NCBI GenBank assembly: GCA_029211085.1
Contig: JARGFW010000004.1
Location: 971-64,970, forward strand
Source of the DNA: Deferrisomatales bacterium
GTDB taxonomy: Bacteria > Desulfobacterota > Deferrisomatia > Deferrisomatales > JARGFW01
DNA length: 64,000 nucleotides
Direction: 5' to 3'
The notes beneath the pieces are model-generated. The model saw only the letters and a list, made by a program, of their open reading frames with translations, had not been told where the DNA came from and did no database searches. Shown here piece by piece: positions 46,431 through 55,642 of this stretch. The translations under genes were made by a program, and so were the position numbers. The stretch's first letter is position 1; each line of letters opens with the position of its first letter.

Positions 46431-47567
46431 ATGCGACCCGTTGTGGGGGAGGGGGTCACCATGGGGCGGAACCGGGTTGTGGATTCGCTGGTACTGCGCG
46501 GCGCCCGCGGGGTGGGTGACCGCGCATTCCGTTGCCTGGTGGATGCGTTCGGCAGCCCCGGAGCTGCTCTTGACGCGGATGCCGTGGCTCTGGAAAAGAA
46601 CTGTGGCGCGACCCCTGCGCTGGTCGCTGCGCTCGCCGCGTGTCGGGACCTGGAGGAGCGGGCCCGGGGGGCTCTGGTGAGGGTGGAGGCAGCGGGGTTC
46701 ACCGCAGTGGCGTACGGCCAGGAGGGATATCCGGAACGCTTGGCGGCCATCCCTGACCCGCCGTCGGTGCTGTACCTGGCCGGCGACTCGTCCTGTTTGG
46801 CGGCGCCGGCGGTGGCGGTGGTGGGGAGCCGGAAGGCCAGCACCCACGGTGTGCGCTTTGCCCGCCGCCTGGCCGCCGATCTGGCCGCAGCCGGGTTTAC
46901 CGTGGTCAGCGGCTTGGCCCAGGGAATCGATGCCGCTGCCCACCGGGGTGCCCTGGACGTCCCCGGCGGGCGCACGGTAGCGGTGTTCGGCTGTGGACTG
47001 GACGTGATCTATCCACCCCGCCATGCGGAACTCTCCGTGGCGGTGCGCAATAGCGGGGCCTGGGTGAGCGAGTTCCCTTTGGGCGCCGCCCCCGGACGGC
47101 ACCATTTTCCGCGCCGCAACCGGGTGATCAGCGGGCTCACCCAAGGCGTGGTGGTGGTGGAGGCATCGGACCGCAGCGGTTCCCTGATCACCGCGTCCTG
47201 CGCCCTGGAGCAGGGGCGCGAGGTGTTCGCGGTGCCGGGGTTGCCGGGTTCCTTCAACGCCCAGGGGGCCCACCGGTTGTTGCGCGATGGTGCCCGCTTG
47301 GTGGACAGTGCCGCCGATGTGCTCGAGGAGCTGGGGGCGGCGCCGGCGGGCGCGGCAGCTGGCACGGTGGCGGATGCCCGGCCGGAGCCACCGGCGGAGC
47401 TGCGGCCCCTGTGGAAAGTGCTGGAGGATGCGCCCTTGCACATCGACGAGTTGGCTGCCGCGGCGGGGGTGAGCGCGGCCGAAGCCTCGGCGGCGCTCAT
47501 GGAGTTGGTGCTCGGCGGGTACGCCGAGCAGTGGGCCGGCGGTCGTTTCGTGCGGACCGGCCCTTGA
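46431..47567 (+). CDS. dprA: DNA-processing protein DprA (Smf)
   Basis: Contains VVGSRKAS...SGLAQGIDAAAHRGAL and FPRRNRVISGL, plus a C-terminal winged-helix domain. Confidence 0.9.
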   Translation: MRPVVGEGVTMGRNRVVDSLVLRGARGVGDRAFRCLVDAFGSPGAALDADAVALEKNCGATPALVAALAACRDLEERARGALVRVEAAGFTAVAYGQEGYPERLAAIPDPPSVLYLAGDSSCLAAPAVAVVGSRKASTHGVRFARRLAADLAAAGFTVVSGLAQGIDAAAHRGALDVPGGRTVAVFGCGLDVIYPPRHAELSVAVRNSGAWVSEFPLGAAPGRHHFPRRNRVISGLTQGVVVVEASDRSGSLITASCALEQGREVFAVPGLPGSFNAQGAHRLLRDGARLVDSAADVLEELGAAPAGAAAGTVADARPEPPAELRPLWKVLEDAPLHIDELAAAAGVSAAEASAALMELVLGGYAEQWAGGRFVRTGP

Positions 47568-47643
47568 GATTTTGCAGTCTCCGTCCTGTGAGGCCGGGGA
47601 AACGGTAGCAGGGACGGGCATCCCCCGACCCGTGGAGAGGCGG

Positions 47644-48114
47644 ATGAAGGGAAGGATATTCGACGTGGTGGCCTATATCACCCAGCGCTGCCACGAACAG
47701 GGCGGCCGGGTGTCCGACCCCGTGGAACTGCGCGACGAGCTGTTCGACGCCGGTTACCACGAAGACGAGGTGGAGCGCGCCCTGGGTTGGCTCGCCCGCC
47801 TGCGCCGCGACGGCATGTGGCCCGGGGGTTGGCTGGTGGCCCCCTCTGGGGCCCAGCGCGTGCCCGACGAGGCAGAACTGCTCACGCTTTCGGCAGAGGC
47901 GAGGGGTTTCCTGCTGCGCCTGGAGTCCATGGGCATCCTGGAGCCGGTGATGCGCGAGGCGGTGTACGAGCGAGCCCTGACGCTGGATGTGCCGGTGCTG
48001 GGAGTGGACGAGGTGCGGCTGCTGGTGGCACTGTTGTTCGAGTCGCGCCCCGGGGGGGACCCCCGGGTGGTCACCGCGATCCTGGAAGACGAACTGGAAC
48101 TGCTCGTCCATTGA
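47644..48114 (+). CDS. smg: Smg protein (DUF494)
   Basis: Starts MKGRIFDVVAYI and contains LFDAGYHEDEVERALGWL. It lies between dprA and topA. Confidence 0.85.
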   Translation: MKGRIFDVVAYITQRCHEQGGRVSDPVELRDELFDAGYHEDEVERALGWLARLRRDGMWPGGWLVAPSGAQRVPDEAELLTLSAEARGFLLRLESMGILEPVMREAVYERALTLDVPVLGVDEVRLLVALLFESRPGGDPRVVTAILEDELELLVH

Positions 48115-48163
48115 ACCCCCGACCGTTCGACGGACCTCACCCCACACCCCTGCAGCGGAACCC

Positions 48164-50416
48164 ATGCCCAAGTCACTGTTGATCGTGGAGAGCCCCGCCA
48201 AGGCGCGCACCCTCAAGCGCTACCTCGGCGACGATTTCCTGGTGGAGGCCAGCGTCGGCCACGTCAAAGACCTGCCCAAGAACGAGCTGGGGGTGGACGT
48301 GGAGGCGGGTTTCGTGCCCAAGTACGGCGTCATCCGCGGCAAGGGCAAGGTGATCCAACAGTTGAAGATGGCCGCCAAAGCCGCTGACGTGATCTACCTG
48401 GCTCCCGACCCTGACCGCGAGGGAGAGGCGATCGCATGGCACGTAGCGGAGGAGATCCGGCCCAAGCGGGGAGACACGCCCGTGTACCGGGTGATGATCC
48501 ACGAGATCACCAAGAAGGGGGTGGAAGCGGCTCTGGCCAACCCCGGCACCATCGACCCCAACCGCTACAACGCCCAGCAGGCTCGGCGCATCCTCGACCG
48601 GCTGGTGGGCTACCAGATCAGCCCGATCCTGTGGGACAAGGTGCGCCGGGGCTTGAGCGCCGGCCGCGTGCAGTCGGTGGCCCTGCGTCTGGTGGTGGAA
48701 CGCGATCGCGAGATCCAGGCCTTTAGTCGGGAAGAGTACTGGACCCTGGATGCTCGCCTGGAGGGCAGCGGCCCGCCGCCGTTTACCGCCCGCCTGCGGC
48801 GGGTGGCTGGTAACGCCGCGTCGATTCCCGACCGGGAGACCGCCGAGGAGCTGGTGGCCCGCAGCCGCCAGGGGGAGTTCCGGCTCGCCAAGGTGGAGCG
48901 CAAGGAGAAGAAGCGGCACCCGGCCCCGCCGTTCATCACCTCCACCCTGCAGCGCGAGGCGTTCCGCAAACTGCGTTTCTCGGCGAAGAAGACCATGACC
49001 CTGGCCCAGCGGCTGTACGAGGGGGTCGACGTGGCGGGTCAGCCCGTGGGTCTGATCACCTATATGCGCACCGACTCCACTCGGCTCTCCGCGGACGCCG
49101 TGGGGGCCTGCCGGGAGCACATCGTGGAGCGCTACGGCAAGCCGTATCTGCCGTCCAAGCCGGTGGGGTACAGCGTCAAAAAGGGCGCGCAGGACGCCCA
49201 CGAGGCCATTCGCCCCACCGCCATGGAGTACGCTCCGGAACGGGTGAAGGCGAGCCTGGAGCACGACCAGTTTGCCCTCTATAAACTCATCTGGGACCGC
49301 TTCGTGTCCTGCCAGATGAAGCCCGCGCGCTACGACCAGACGAGCTTCGACGTCACGGCCGCCGATCTCACCTTCCGCGCCACGGGTTCGATCCTGACCT
49401 TCAAGGGGTTCACCGCGGTATATGTGGAGGGGGCCGACGAGCCCGACAAGGAAGCCGAGGAGGAGGAGGGCAAGGTGTTGCCCGACCTGGCCGAGGGCGA
49501 GGTGCTCCGGCTCCTGGATCTCAGCCACGACCAGCACTTCACGCAGCCCCCGGCCCGGTTCAACGAGTCCACCCTGGTCAAGGAGTTGGAGGACAAGGGC
49601 ATCGGCCGGCCCTCCACGTACGCCCAGATCCTCTCCACCATAAGGGACAAGGGCTACGTGGAGATGCAGGAGCGGCGCTTCCACCCCACCGACCTGGGCC
49701 TGCTGGTCAACGACCTGCTGGTGGAGAACTTCCCCCAGGTGCTGGACGCCGGCTTCACGGCCCAGATGGAGGCCGAACTGGACAGTGTGGAAGCGGGCAA
49801 GCGCCAGTGGCAGGACCTGCTGAAGAACTTCTATGGCCCGTTTTCGCGCAGCGTGGAGAAGGCGGCCGAGGCCATGGAGAACGTCAAGGCCCGGGAGGAA
49901 CCCACCGAACTGGTGTGCGAGAAATGCGGGTCAGGCATGGTGATCCGCTGGGGCCGCAACGGATTCTTCCTGGCTTGCTCCGGCTACCCGGAGTGCCGCA
50001 ACACCAAGGAGTTCAAGCGCCTGGCCGACGGCACCCTCGAGATCCAGGAGGGGGAGAAGACCGGCGAGCCGTGCCCCGAGTGTGGTGCGGAGTTGGCGAT
50101 CCGCCAGGGTCGCTACGGGCGCTTCGTGGCGTGTACCAAGTATCCCGGGTGCAAGTACACCAGCCCGGTGCGCACCGGGGTAGCGTGCCCGGTGGAGGGG
50201 TGCAGCGGCGAACTGGTGGAGAAGCGCAGCAAGAAGGGCAAGACCTTCTACGCCTGCAACCGCTTCCCGGAGTGCGACCACGCGGTGTGGGATCAACCGG
50301 TGCCCGAGCCCTGCCCGGCTTGCGGCAACCCGTTTTTGGTGGCCAAGGAGGGCAAAGGCGGCACCACCAGCCTGCGCTGCCCCAAACGCCGCTGCGGGTA
50401 CCGCAAGGGGGACTGA
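48164..50416 (+). CDS. topA: DNA topoisomerase I
   Basis: Starts MPKSLLIVESPAKARTLKRYLG. It has the Toprim and catalytic domains and C-terminal C4 zinc ribbons (CEKCGS...C, CPECGA..., CPACG...). Confidence 0.95.
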   Translation: MPKSLLIVESPAKARTLKRYLGDDFLVEASVGHVKDLPKNELGVDVEAGFVPKYGVIRGKGKVIQQLKMAAKAADVIYLAPDPDREGEAIAWHVAEEIRPKRGDTPVYRVMIHEITKKGVEAALANPGTIDPNRYNAQQARRILDRLVGYQISPILWDKVRRGLSAGRVQSVALRLVVERDREIQAFSREEYWTLDARLEGSGPPPFTARLRRVAGNAASIPDRETAEELVARSRQGEFRLAKVERKEKKRHPAPPFITSTLQREAFRKLRFSAKKTMTLAQRLYEGVDVAGQPVGLITYMRTDSTRLSADAVGACREHIVERYGKPYLPSKPVGYSVKKGAQDAHEAIRPTAMEYAPERVKASLEHDQFALYKLIWDRFVSCQMKPARYDQTSFDVTAADLTFRATGSILTFKGFTAVYVEGADEPDKEAEEEEGKVLPDLAEGEVLRLLDLSHDQHFTQPPARFNESTLVKELEDKGIGRPSTYAQILSTIRDKGYVEMQERRFHPTDLGLLVNDLLVENFPQVLDAGFTAQMEAELDSVEAGKRQWQDLLKNFYGPFSRSVEKAAEAMENVKAREEPTELVCEKCGSGMVIRWGRNGFFLACSGYPECRNTKEFKRLADGTLEIQEGEKTGEPCPECGAELAIRQGRYGRFVACTKYPGCKYTSPVRTGVACPVEGCSGELVEKRSKKGKTFYACNRFPECDHAVWDQPVPEPCPACGNPFLVAKEGKGGTTSLRCPKRRCGYRKGD

Positions 50417-50639
50417 ACGGGGTCTCGAACCCCGGCTTTGCTCCGCGATTTCCGCATGTACCCCCATGGAAGGGCGGTGGGCGGTCCCGGCGGGTCGGGC
50501 GGGGCCACCGCAAACCGAGCGGCGAACTTGGGCCGTTTGGCAGCGTCAGGCGTCCCTCGTTCTTTGGATCGGGCGTCAGATCCAGTAGCCGGACATTCCG
50601 CACGTCCCTCCGGGACCGCCCACCGCTCGAATCCTTCCC

Positions 50640-50924
50640 CTACAGCCCCAGGCGCTCCCGCGCCTGCTGGGGGCTCAACCCGGACACCCGCACGGTCTTG
50701 TGGCGGCTGCCGGCCCCGGCGGTGAGCTCCACGGCGCCGCGGGGTACCCCGAGCTGTCTGGCCAGGAACCGCACCAGAGCCCCGTTCGCCTTGCCCTCCA
50801 CCGGTGGGGCGGTGAGGCGCACCTTCACGGCGTCTCCCTGTACCCCCGCCACCTCGTCCCGGGCCGCCCGGGGCTGCACCCACAGGCGCAAACGGCAGCC
50901 GTCTCCGGCGGCCTCAACCGGCAT
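50640..50924 (-). CDS. DUF167 (YggU) family protein
   Basis: LRLWVQPRAARDEVAGVQGDAVKVRLTAPPVEGKANGALVRFLARQLGV is a typical YggU sequence. Confidence 0.8.
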   Translation of the reverse strand: MPVEAAGDGCRLRLWVQPRAARDEVAGVQGDAVKVRLTAPPVEGKANGALVRFLARQLGVPRGAVELTAGAGSRHKTVRVSGLSPQQARERLGL

Positions 50925-51495
50925 CGTCGGCGTTGCCTTCGGGGGGCTTTCCGTCCGGGTCGTCCAGGGCTTCCAGTGCGTCGGCAAGTCCGCCGGCGAG
51001 GGCCGGGTCCGCCTCCGCCTCTGCAGCGCCGTCCGCGTGGTTCGCGATCAGTTCCAGGCTGATGAACGGCTGGCGGGTCTTGTGCTCGGTCCAGTCCTGA
51101 AGGGTGCCTGCCAGGGCCGACAGCTCCCCCAGCCACAGGCTGCGTTTCTCGGTGAGCACCTGGGCTTCCCTGCGCAGGGTCACCAGTTCCTCGTTGGCCC
51201 GGGCGAGGATGCGGTCGGCCTTGAGTCGGGCCTGGCTCACCAGCAGCGCGGCTTCCTGCTTGGCCTGCTCCAGTATGCCTTGTTGCAGTGTACGGGCCGA
51301 GGACAGGGTCTCTTCCAGATTGCCCCGGGTGTCGCGCTCTTTGTCCAGTTTCGCCTGGAGCTGGTCGCGTTCCTCGACCAGTCGCTCCAGTTCGTCGGCG
51401 ACACGCTGGAGAAACGCGTCCACTTCCGCCGGATCGAAACCGCGGAAGGTGACGCGGAAGGTCTGTTCGTGCACGTCCAGGGGGGTGATGCGCAT
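50914..51495 (-). CDS. DivIVA domain-containing protein
   Basis: Starts MRITPLDVHEQTFRVTFRGFDPAEVDAFLQRVADELE, followed by a coiled coil. Confidence 0.85.
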   Translation of the reverse strand: MRITPLDVHEQTFRVTFRGFDPAEVDAFLQRVADELERLVEERDQLQAKLDKERDTRGNLEETLSSARTLQQGILEQAKQEAALLVSQARLKADRILARANEELVTLRREAQVLTEKRSLWLGELSALAGTLQDWTEHKTRQPFISLELIANHADGAAEAEADPALAGGLADALEALDDPDGKPPEGNADDAG

Positions 51496-51529
51496 GGTCG
51501 TCTCCCTCCTCAGCAGGGCTGCGGGATCC

Positions 51530-51829
51530 TCAGTGCAACCGGGCGGCCAGGTCCAGCAGCGACCGCACCAGGAACGAACGCAGGAAGAAGATCACCACGA
51601 TCACCACCATCGGCGCCAGATCGATGCCACCGAAGGTGGTGGGCAACCGCCGCCGCACCCAGTACAGCACCGGATCGGTGGCCCGGTGCAGGAACCGCAC
51701 GATGGGGTTGTAGGGGTCCGGGTTTACCCACGACAACACGGCGCGGGCCAGGATTACCCAGAAGTAGAGGTTGAGGGCCAGATCCAGCACCTGGGCCAGT
51801 CCGGCGAGGAAGTTGCCAAAGACGAACAT
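51530..51829 (-). CDS. YggT family membrane protein
   Basis: 99 aa containing ILARAVLSWVNPDPYNPIVRFLHRATDPVL. Confidence 0.85.
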   Translation of the reverse strand: MFVFGNFLAGLAQVLDLALNLYFWVILARAVLSWVNPDPYNPIVRFLHRATDPVLYWVRRRLPTTFGGIDLAPMVVIVVIFFLRSFLVRSLLDLAARLH

Positions 51830-51831
51830 GC

Positions 51832-52647
51832 CTACGATCCTCCCAGTTCTCGTGAACGCAGGGTGCCGGCGCGCACCGCCTCCTGCACCGCGTGGCGAAA
51901 GCCGCCGGCTTCCAGGGCGCGCAGGCCGGCTGCGGTGGTGCCGGCCGGGGACGTGACCCGGTCGCGCAGCTCCGCGGGGTGCTCCTGGCTGGTCGCGGCC
52001 AGGGTGGCCGCGCCGAGCAGGGTCTGGCTGGCCAGGGCCCGGGCTAGGGGCCGTGGCAGGCCCATCAGCACTCCGCCGTCGGCCAGGGCCTCCAGGAACG
52101 CGAACGCATAGGCCGGGCCGCTGCCGCTGAGCCCGGTTACGGCGTCCAGCAGCGCCTCCTTGTCCACTCGGTGCACGGTTCCCACCGCGCCGAGCAGCGT
52201 CTCCACCCATCCCATCTGTACGGCATCTACATGGGTGTTGGGGCAGTACACGCTGACACCGGCACCCACCAGGGCGGGGGAGTTGGGCATCACCCGGGCC
52301 ACCGCCGTACCCGGGGGCAGGCCCCGGTCCAGTTGCTCCAGGGTGATCCCGGCGCAGATGCTGATCACCAGCGCGTCGGCACAGTGAGGGGCGAGTTCGG
52401 CCAGGGTGGCGTCCACGTCTTGGGGTTTCACCGCCAACAGCACCGCCCTGGCGCCTGCGCACGCCTGTCCGGGATCAGGGTGTACCGTCACTCCGTGGCG
52501 AGCGGCGACCTCCTGGGCGCGGCTCGCCAGTCGCTCGGCGCCGACGATGTCCCCGGTGCCCAAGAGGCCCCGGCCGAGAAGTCCCTGGATCAGGGCCTCC
52601 CCCATATTGCCGACGCCGATCACGGCAAGCCTCGGAAGTCCTCTCAT
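51832..52647 (-). CDS. proC: pyrroline-5-carboxylate reductase
   Basis: Contains IGVGNMGEALIQGL and SPAGTTAAGL. Confidence 0.93.
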   Translation of the reverse strand: MRGLPRLAVIGVGNMGEALIQGLLGRGLLGTGDIVGAERLASRAQEVAARHGVTVHPDPGQACAGARAVLLAVKPQDVDATLAELAPHCADALVISICAGITLEQLDRGLPPGTAVARVMPNSPALVGAGVSVYCPNTHVDAVQMGWVETLLGAVGTVHRVDKEALLDAVTGLSGSGPAYAFAFLEALADGGVLMGLPRPLARALASQTLLGAATLAATSQEHPAELRDRVTSPAGTTAAGLRALEAGGFRHAVQEAVRAGTLRSRELGGS

Positions 52648-52675
52648 GTGGTTTCTCCTCGGGCGACTTTACGGG

Positions 52676-53380
52676 TCATGGCCGTTCTCCGAAGAGCGCG
52701 GTACCCACCCGGACGATGGTCGCCCCCTCCTGCACCGCCACCGGGAAGTCGTGGGACATGCCCATGCTCAGTTCGGTCATCTCCAGCCCCGGCAGCGCGA
52801 GTGCGGCGAGCCGGTCGCGCAACTCCCGCAGAGCCCGGAAGTGGGGCCGCACCTGCTCCGGGTCGGTGAGGTACGGAGGGATGGTCATCAGGCCCCGTAG
52901 CCACAGATGGGGCCACTCGGCCATGCGCCGCGCCAGGGACTCGGCCCCCTCCGGGGTCGTTCCGCTCTTGCTCTCCTCGCCGGCCACGTTCACCTGCAGC
53001 AGCACCTGCAGGCGTCCCCGGCGCTCGGCCACCGCCTTCTCCAGGGCGCCGGCCAGGGACGGCCGGTCCAGGGTGTGGATGCAGTGGAACGCCTCGGCCG
53101 CGCGCTTGGCCTTGTTGGACTGAAGATGTCCGATCAGGTGCCAGCGCGCGTCCAAGGGCAGCTGGTCCACCTTGCCCAGGGCTTCCTGCACGTAGTTCTC
53201 GCCGAAGTCCCTGGCGCCCGCGGCATAGGCAGCGGCCAGGGACTCAACCGGCTGGCGCTTGCTCACCGCCAGCAGCAGCACCGAGTCCGGGGGGCGCCCC
53301 GCCGCGGCGACGGCGGCACTCAGTTGTCGCCCCACGGCCCTGTGGCGCCGGGCGACTTCTTCCGGCGTCTCAGCCACCAC
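52676..53380 (-). CDS. YggS-family pyridoxal-phosphate homeostasis protein
   Basis: Contains LLAVSKRQP, HLIGHLQSNK and LSMGMSHDF. Confidence 0.9.
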   Translation of the reverse strand: MVAETPEEVARRHRAVGRQLSAAVAAAGRPPDSVLLLAVSKRQPVESLAAAYAAGARDFGENYVQEALGKVDQLPLDARWHLIGHLQSNKAKRAAEAFHCIHTLDRPSLAGALEKAVAERRGRLQVLLQVNVAGEESKSGTTPEGAESLARRMAEWPHLWLRGLMTIPPYLTDPEQVRPHFRALRELRDRLAALALPGLEMTELSMGMSHDFPVAVQEGATIVRVGTALFGERP

Positions 53381-53981
53381 AGGCCTCTCGGGCCGGGGCG
53401 ATTCCCCACAGCGCCAGTCCAGCGGCCTCCAGGTGGTCGACCACCTCGGCCATGGGCAGGCCCACCACGTTGGTGTAGGAGCCGTTGATTGCCTCCACCA
53501 AGAACGCCCCCTGCCCCTGGATGGCGTAGCCGCCGGCCTTGTCGTAGGGTTCGTCCAGGGAGGCGTACCAGCGCACCTGCTCCAGACTCAGCGGACGGAA
53601 GCGCACGTCGGTGGTCACCGAGAAGACCTCGGCCACGTCCGGCCCCAGCAGTGCCACGGCGGTGATCACCTGGTGGCTGCGGCCGGCCAGGGCGCGCAGC
53701 ATCGACTCGGCGTCGGCCCGGGTGGCTGGTTTGCCGAGAACCCGGTCCCCCAGCACCACGGCGGTGTCGGCCGCCAGCACCCAGCACCCCTGGTGCACCC
53801 GGCCGGCGACTTCATCGGCCTTGATCCGGGCCACCGCCTCGATCGCCGCCGCCGGAGCCAGTCCCACGGGCAGGGTTTCCTCGGCGTGGCTCGGCACCAC
53901 CGTGAACGGCATGTGAAGAGCGCCCAGAAGTTCCCTCCGTCGCGGCGAGGCAGAGGCGAGGATGAAGCGGTGGGGGCTCAT
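53370..53981 (-). CDS. maf: Maf-family nucleoside triphosphate pyrophosphatase
   Basis: Starts MSPHRFILASASPRRRELL and contains DKAGGYAIQG. Confidence 0.9.
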   Translation of the reverse strand: MSPHRFILASASPRRRELLGALHMPFTVVPSHAEETLPVGLAPAAAIEAVARIKADEVAGRVHQGCWVLAADTAVVLGDRVLGKPATRADAESMLRALAGRSHQVITAVALLGPDVAEVFSVTTDVRFRPLSLEQVRWYASLDEPYDKAGGYAIQGQGAFLVEAINGSYTNVVGLPMAEVVDHLEAAGLALWGIAPAREACGG

Positions 53982-54205
53982 CGCGCGAAAGATTTCCTTC
54001 GTGAAACAAGGGGGTTAGCTGGTGTGTCGGTACCTCTGGTACGGTAGCCGATCCCTGCGCCGAGTGTCAAGGCGCAGCGCCGACGGGGAACCTGTCTCTC
54101 CGGTTTCGCCGGTGGGCTGACCGGTCTATACTAATAACCGTTTTTTGCTGTCATTTTGTCCCCCCTGTGGGGACGGGGAGCCGGGGGAGATTGAGGGGAG
54201 TTGTC

Positions 54206-55636
54206 ATGGCGGGACGGAAGGGATTGTGTGTAGGTGCGCTGGTGGCGGCCCTGGCCGGGTGGAACAACGGGGCGTCGGCGGCGGAGGCGGTGCTTCACTT
54301 GATCCATATCGCCGACGTGCGGGGTACGGTGGGCATGTGCGGTTGAGCACAGAATCCGCTTGGCGGTCTTGCCAAGAGGGCCTATTTCATCTCCGATCTG
54401 CGCCGCGACGGCATCGAGCCGGTGGTGGTGGACGGAGGAAATCTGTTTTTCAGCAAGAGTCAGCTCCACGCCTCCGAGCAGGAGCGTCTGCTGCGCAAGG
54501 CCCGGGTGCTGGTGGACGGCTACAACGCCATGGGCGTGGACGCGGTGGCCCTGGGCCCCCTCGACTTTGCTGCCGGGTTCACGGCCCTGGGCGAACTGCA
54601 GCGGCAGGCCCAGTTTCCTCTGCTGTGCGCCAACATCGTGCACCGCGATAGCGGGGTGCCGGTGTTTCAGCCCACCGCCGTGGTGCGCCGGGGGGTGCTT
54701 CGTGTGGGGCTGATCGGGGTGGTGGACTCCGCCCTTGGGGCGCGCGGGCTGGGCCCGGGGGGGGAAGACTACCGGGTGGAACCCCTGTTCAGCACCATCA
54801 GCCACTACGCGGACGAGCTGGCGGGGCAGTGTGACCTGGTGGTGGTGCTCTCCGCGGTGCCGATGAAGAAGTTCCGCCTGTTGGCCAAGAAGCTCCCGAC
54901 GGTGGATTTCTACGTGGCCGGGGATCCCCAGGACAAACTGCGCATCCCGTGGACCATAGGCGACGCGATGATCGCCAGCACGACCCAGTTGGGCCGGTAC
55001 CTCGGGTCCGCCCACATCGTGGTGGACGGAGGGGGCAAGTGGGTGACCCACCAGTTCGTGCCCATGAAACCGGAGTGCCGCGACGCCCCGGCGGTGAAGC
55101 GCCTGGTGGACGGGTACTACCGGGACGCCGCCGTGAGCCGCCTGCAAACCCCTGGTGGCCCGGCGCCGGACGACGAGGAACGGGTCAATCTAGTGTACGG
55201 CGGTGCCGTGTACGTGGGAGCCGCTGAGTGCGGACGTTGTCACGGCGACGCGTACCTCGCCTGGCAGAGACTGCCCCACGCCCGGGCCTGGCAAGACCTT
55301 CCCGAGGCGAACCGCAACCGCCTGGAGTGCCTGGAGTGTCACGTGACCGGACTGGGCCGGTGGGGGGGCTACGGGCACCCAGGGGCGGCCGAGGAAGGCC
55401 CCAACCTTGTCGGGGTGCAGTGCGAGGTGTGTCACGGTCCCGGCAGTCTGCATCCGGCGGTGGAGCTGGCGAGCGCCAGCCGGGCCCAGGTGGTCAAGCG
55501 CTGCCGCACCTGCCACACCCCGGCGCGCAGTCCCAAGTTCCGGTTGCAGGAGTACTTGTCACGCATCGCCTGCACCCAGGGGGAGCACGCCGCGGCGACT
55601 CTGCCGGCCGGCGCGGGGAGCGTCTCGAAGCAGTAG
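54206..55636 (+). CDS. candidate selenoprotein: secreted degenerate 5'-nucleotidase/metallophosphoesterase-like domain fused to a tetrahaem c-type cytochrome; TGA 54344-54346 read as Sec (U47)
   Basis: ATG 54206 plus a signal peptide are in the same frame as ORF 54422-55636, and the only interruption is TGA 54344. A SECIS-like hairpin lies immediately downstream. The motif is C45-G46-U47. There are four CxxCH motifs (CGRCH, CLECH, CEVCH, CRTCH). 5'-NT-like blocks are VVVDGGNLFF, YNAMGVDAVALGPLDF and FPLLCANIV. Confidence 0.65.
54355..54380 (+). promoter_or_regulatory. SECIS-like stem-loop downstream of in-frame UGA
   Basis: The element reads UCC-g-CUUGGC-GGUCUU-GCCAAG-a-GGG. The 6-bp upper stem is perfect and the lower 3 bp include a G.U pair. 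Counting the U of UGA as 1, the loop GGUCU occupies positions 22-26, the same as GGUCU in the E. coli fdhF SECIS. Confidence 0.6.
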
Positions 55637-55642
55637 GGGCGG

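Noticed and set aside
50417-50639. Small RNA or terminator after topA (CGGGGTCTCGAACCCCG hairpin)
   Set aside because: It is a short 6-bp stem without a U tract. It may be a weak terminator but is not distinctive enough to call.
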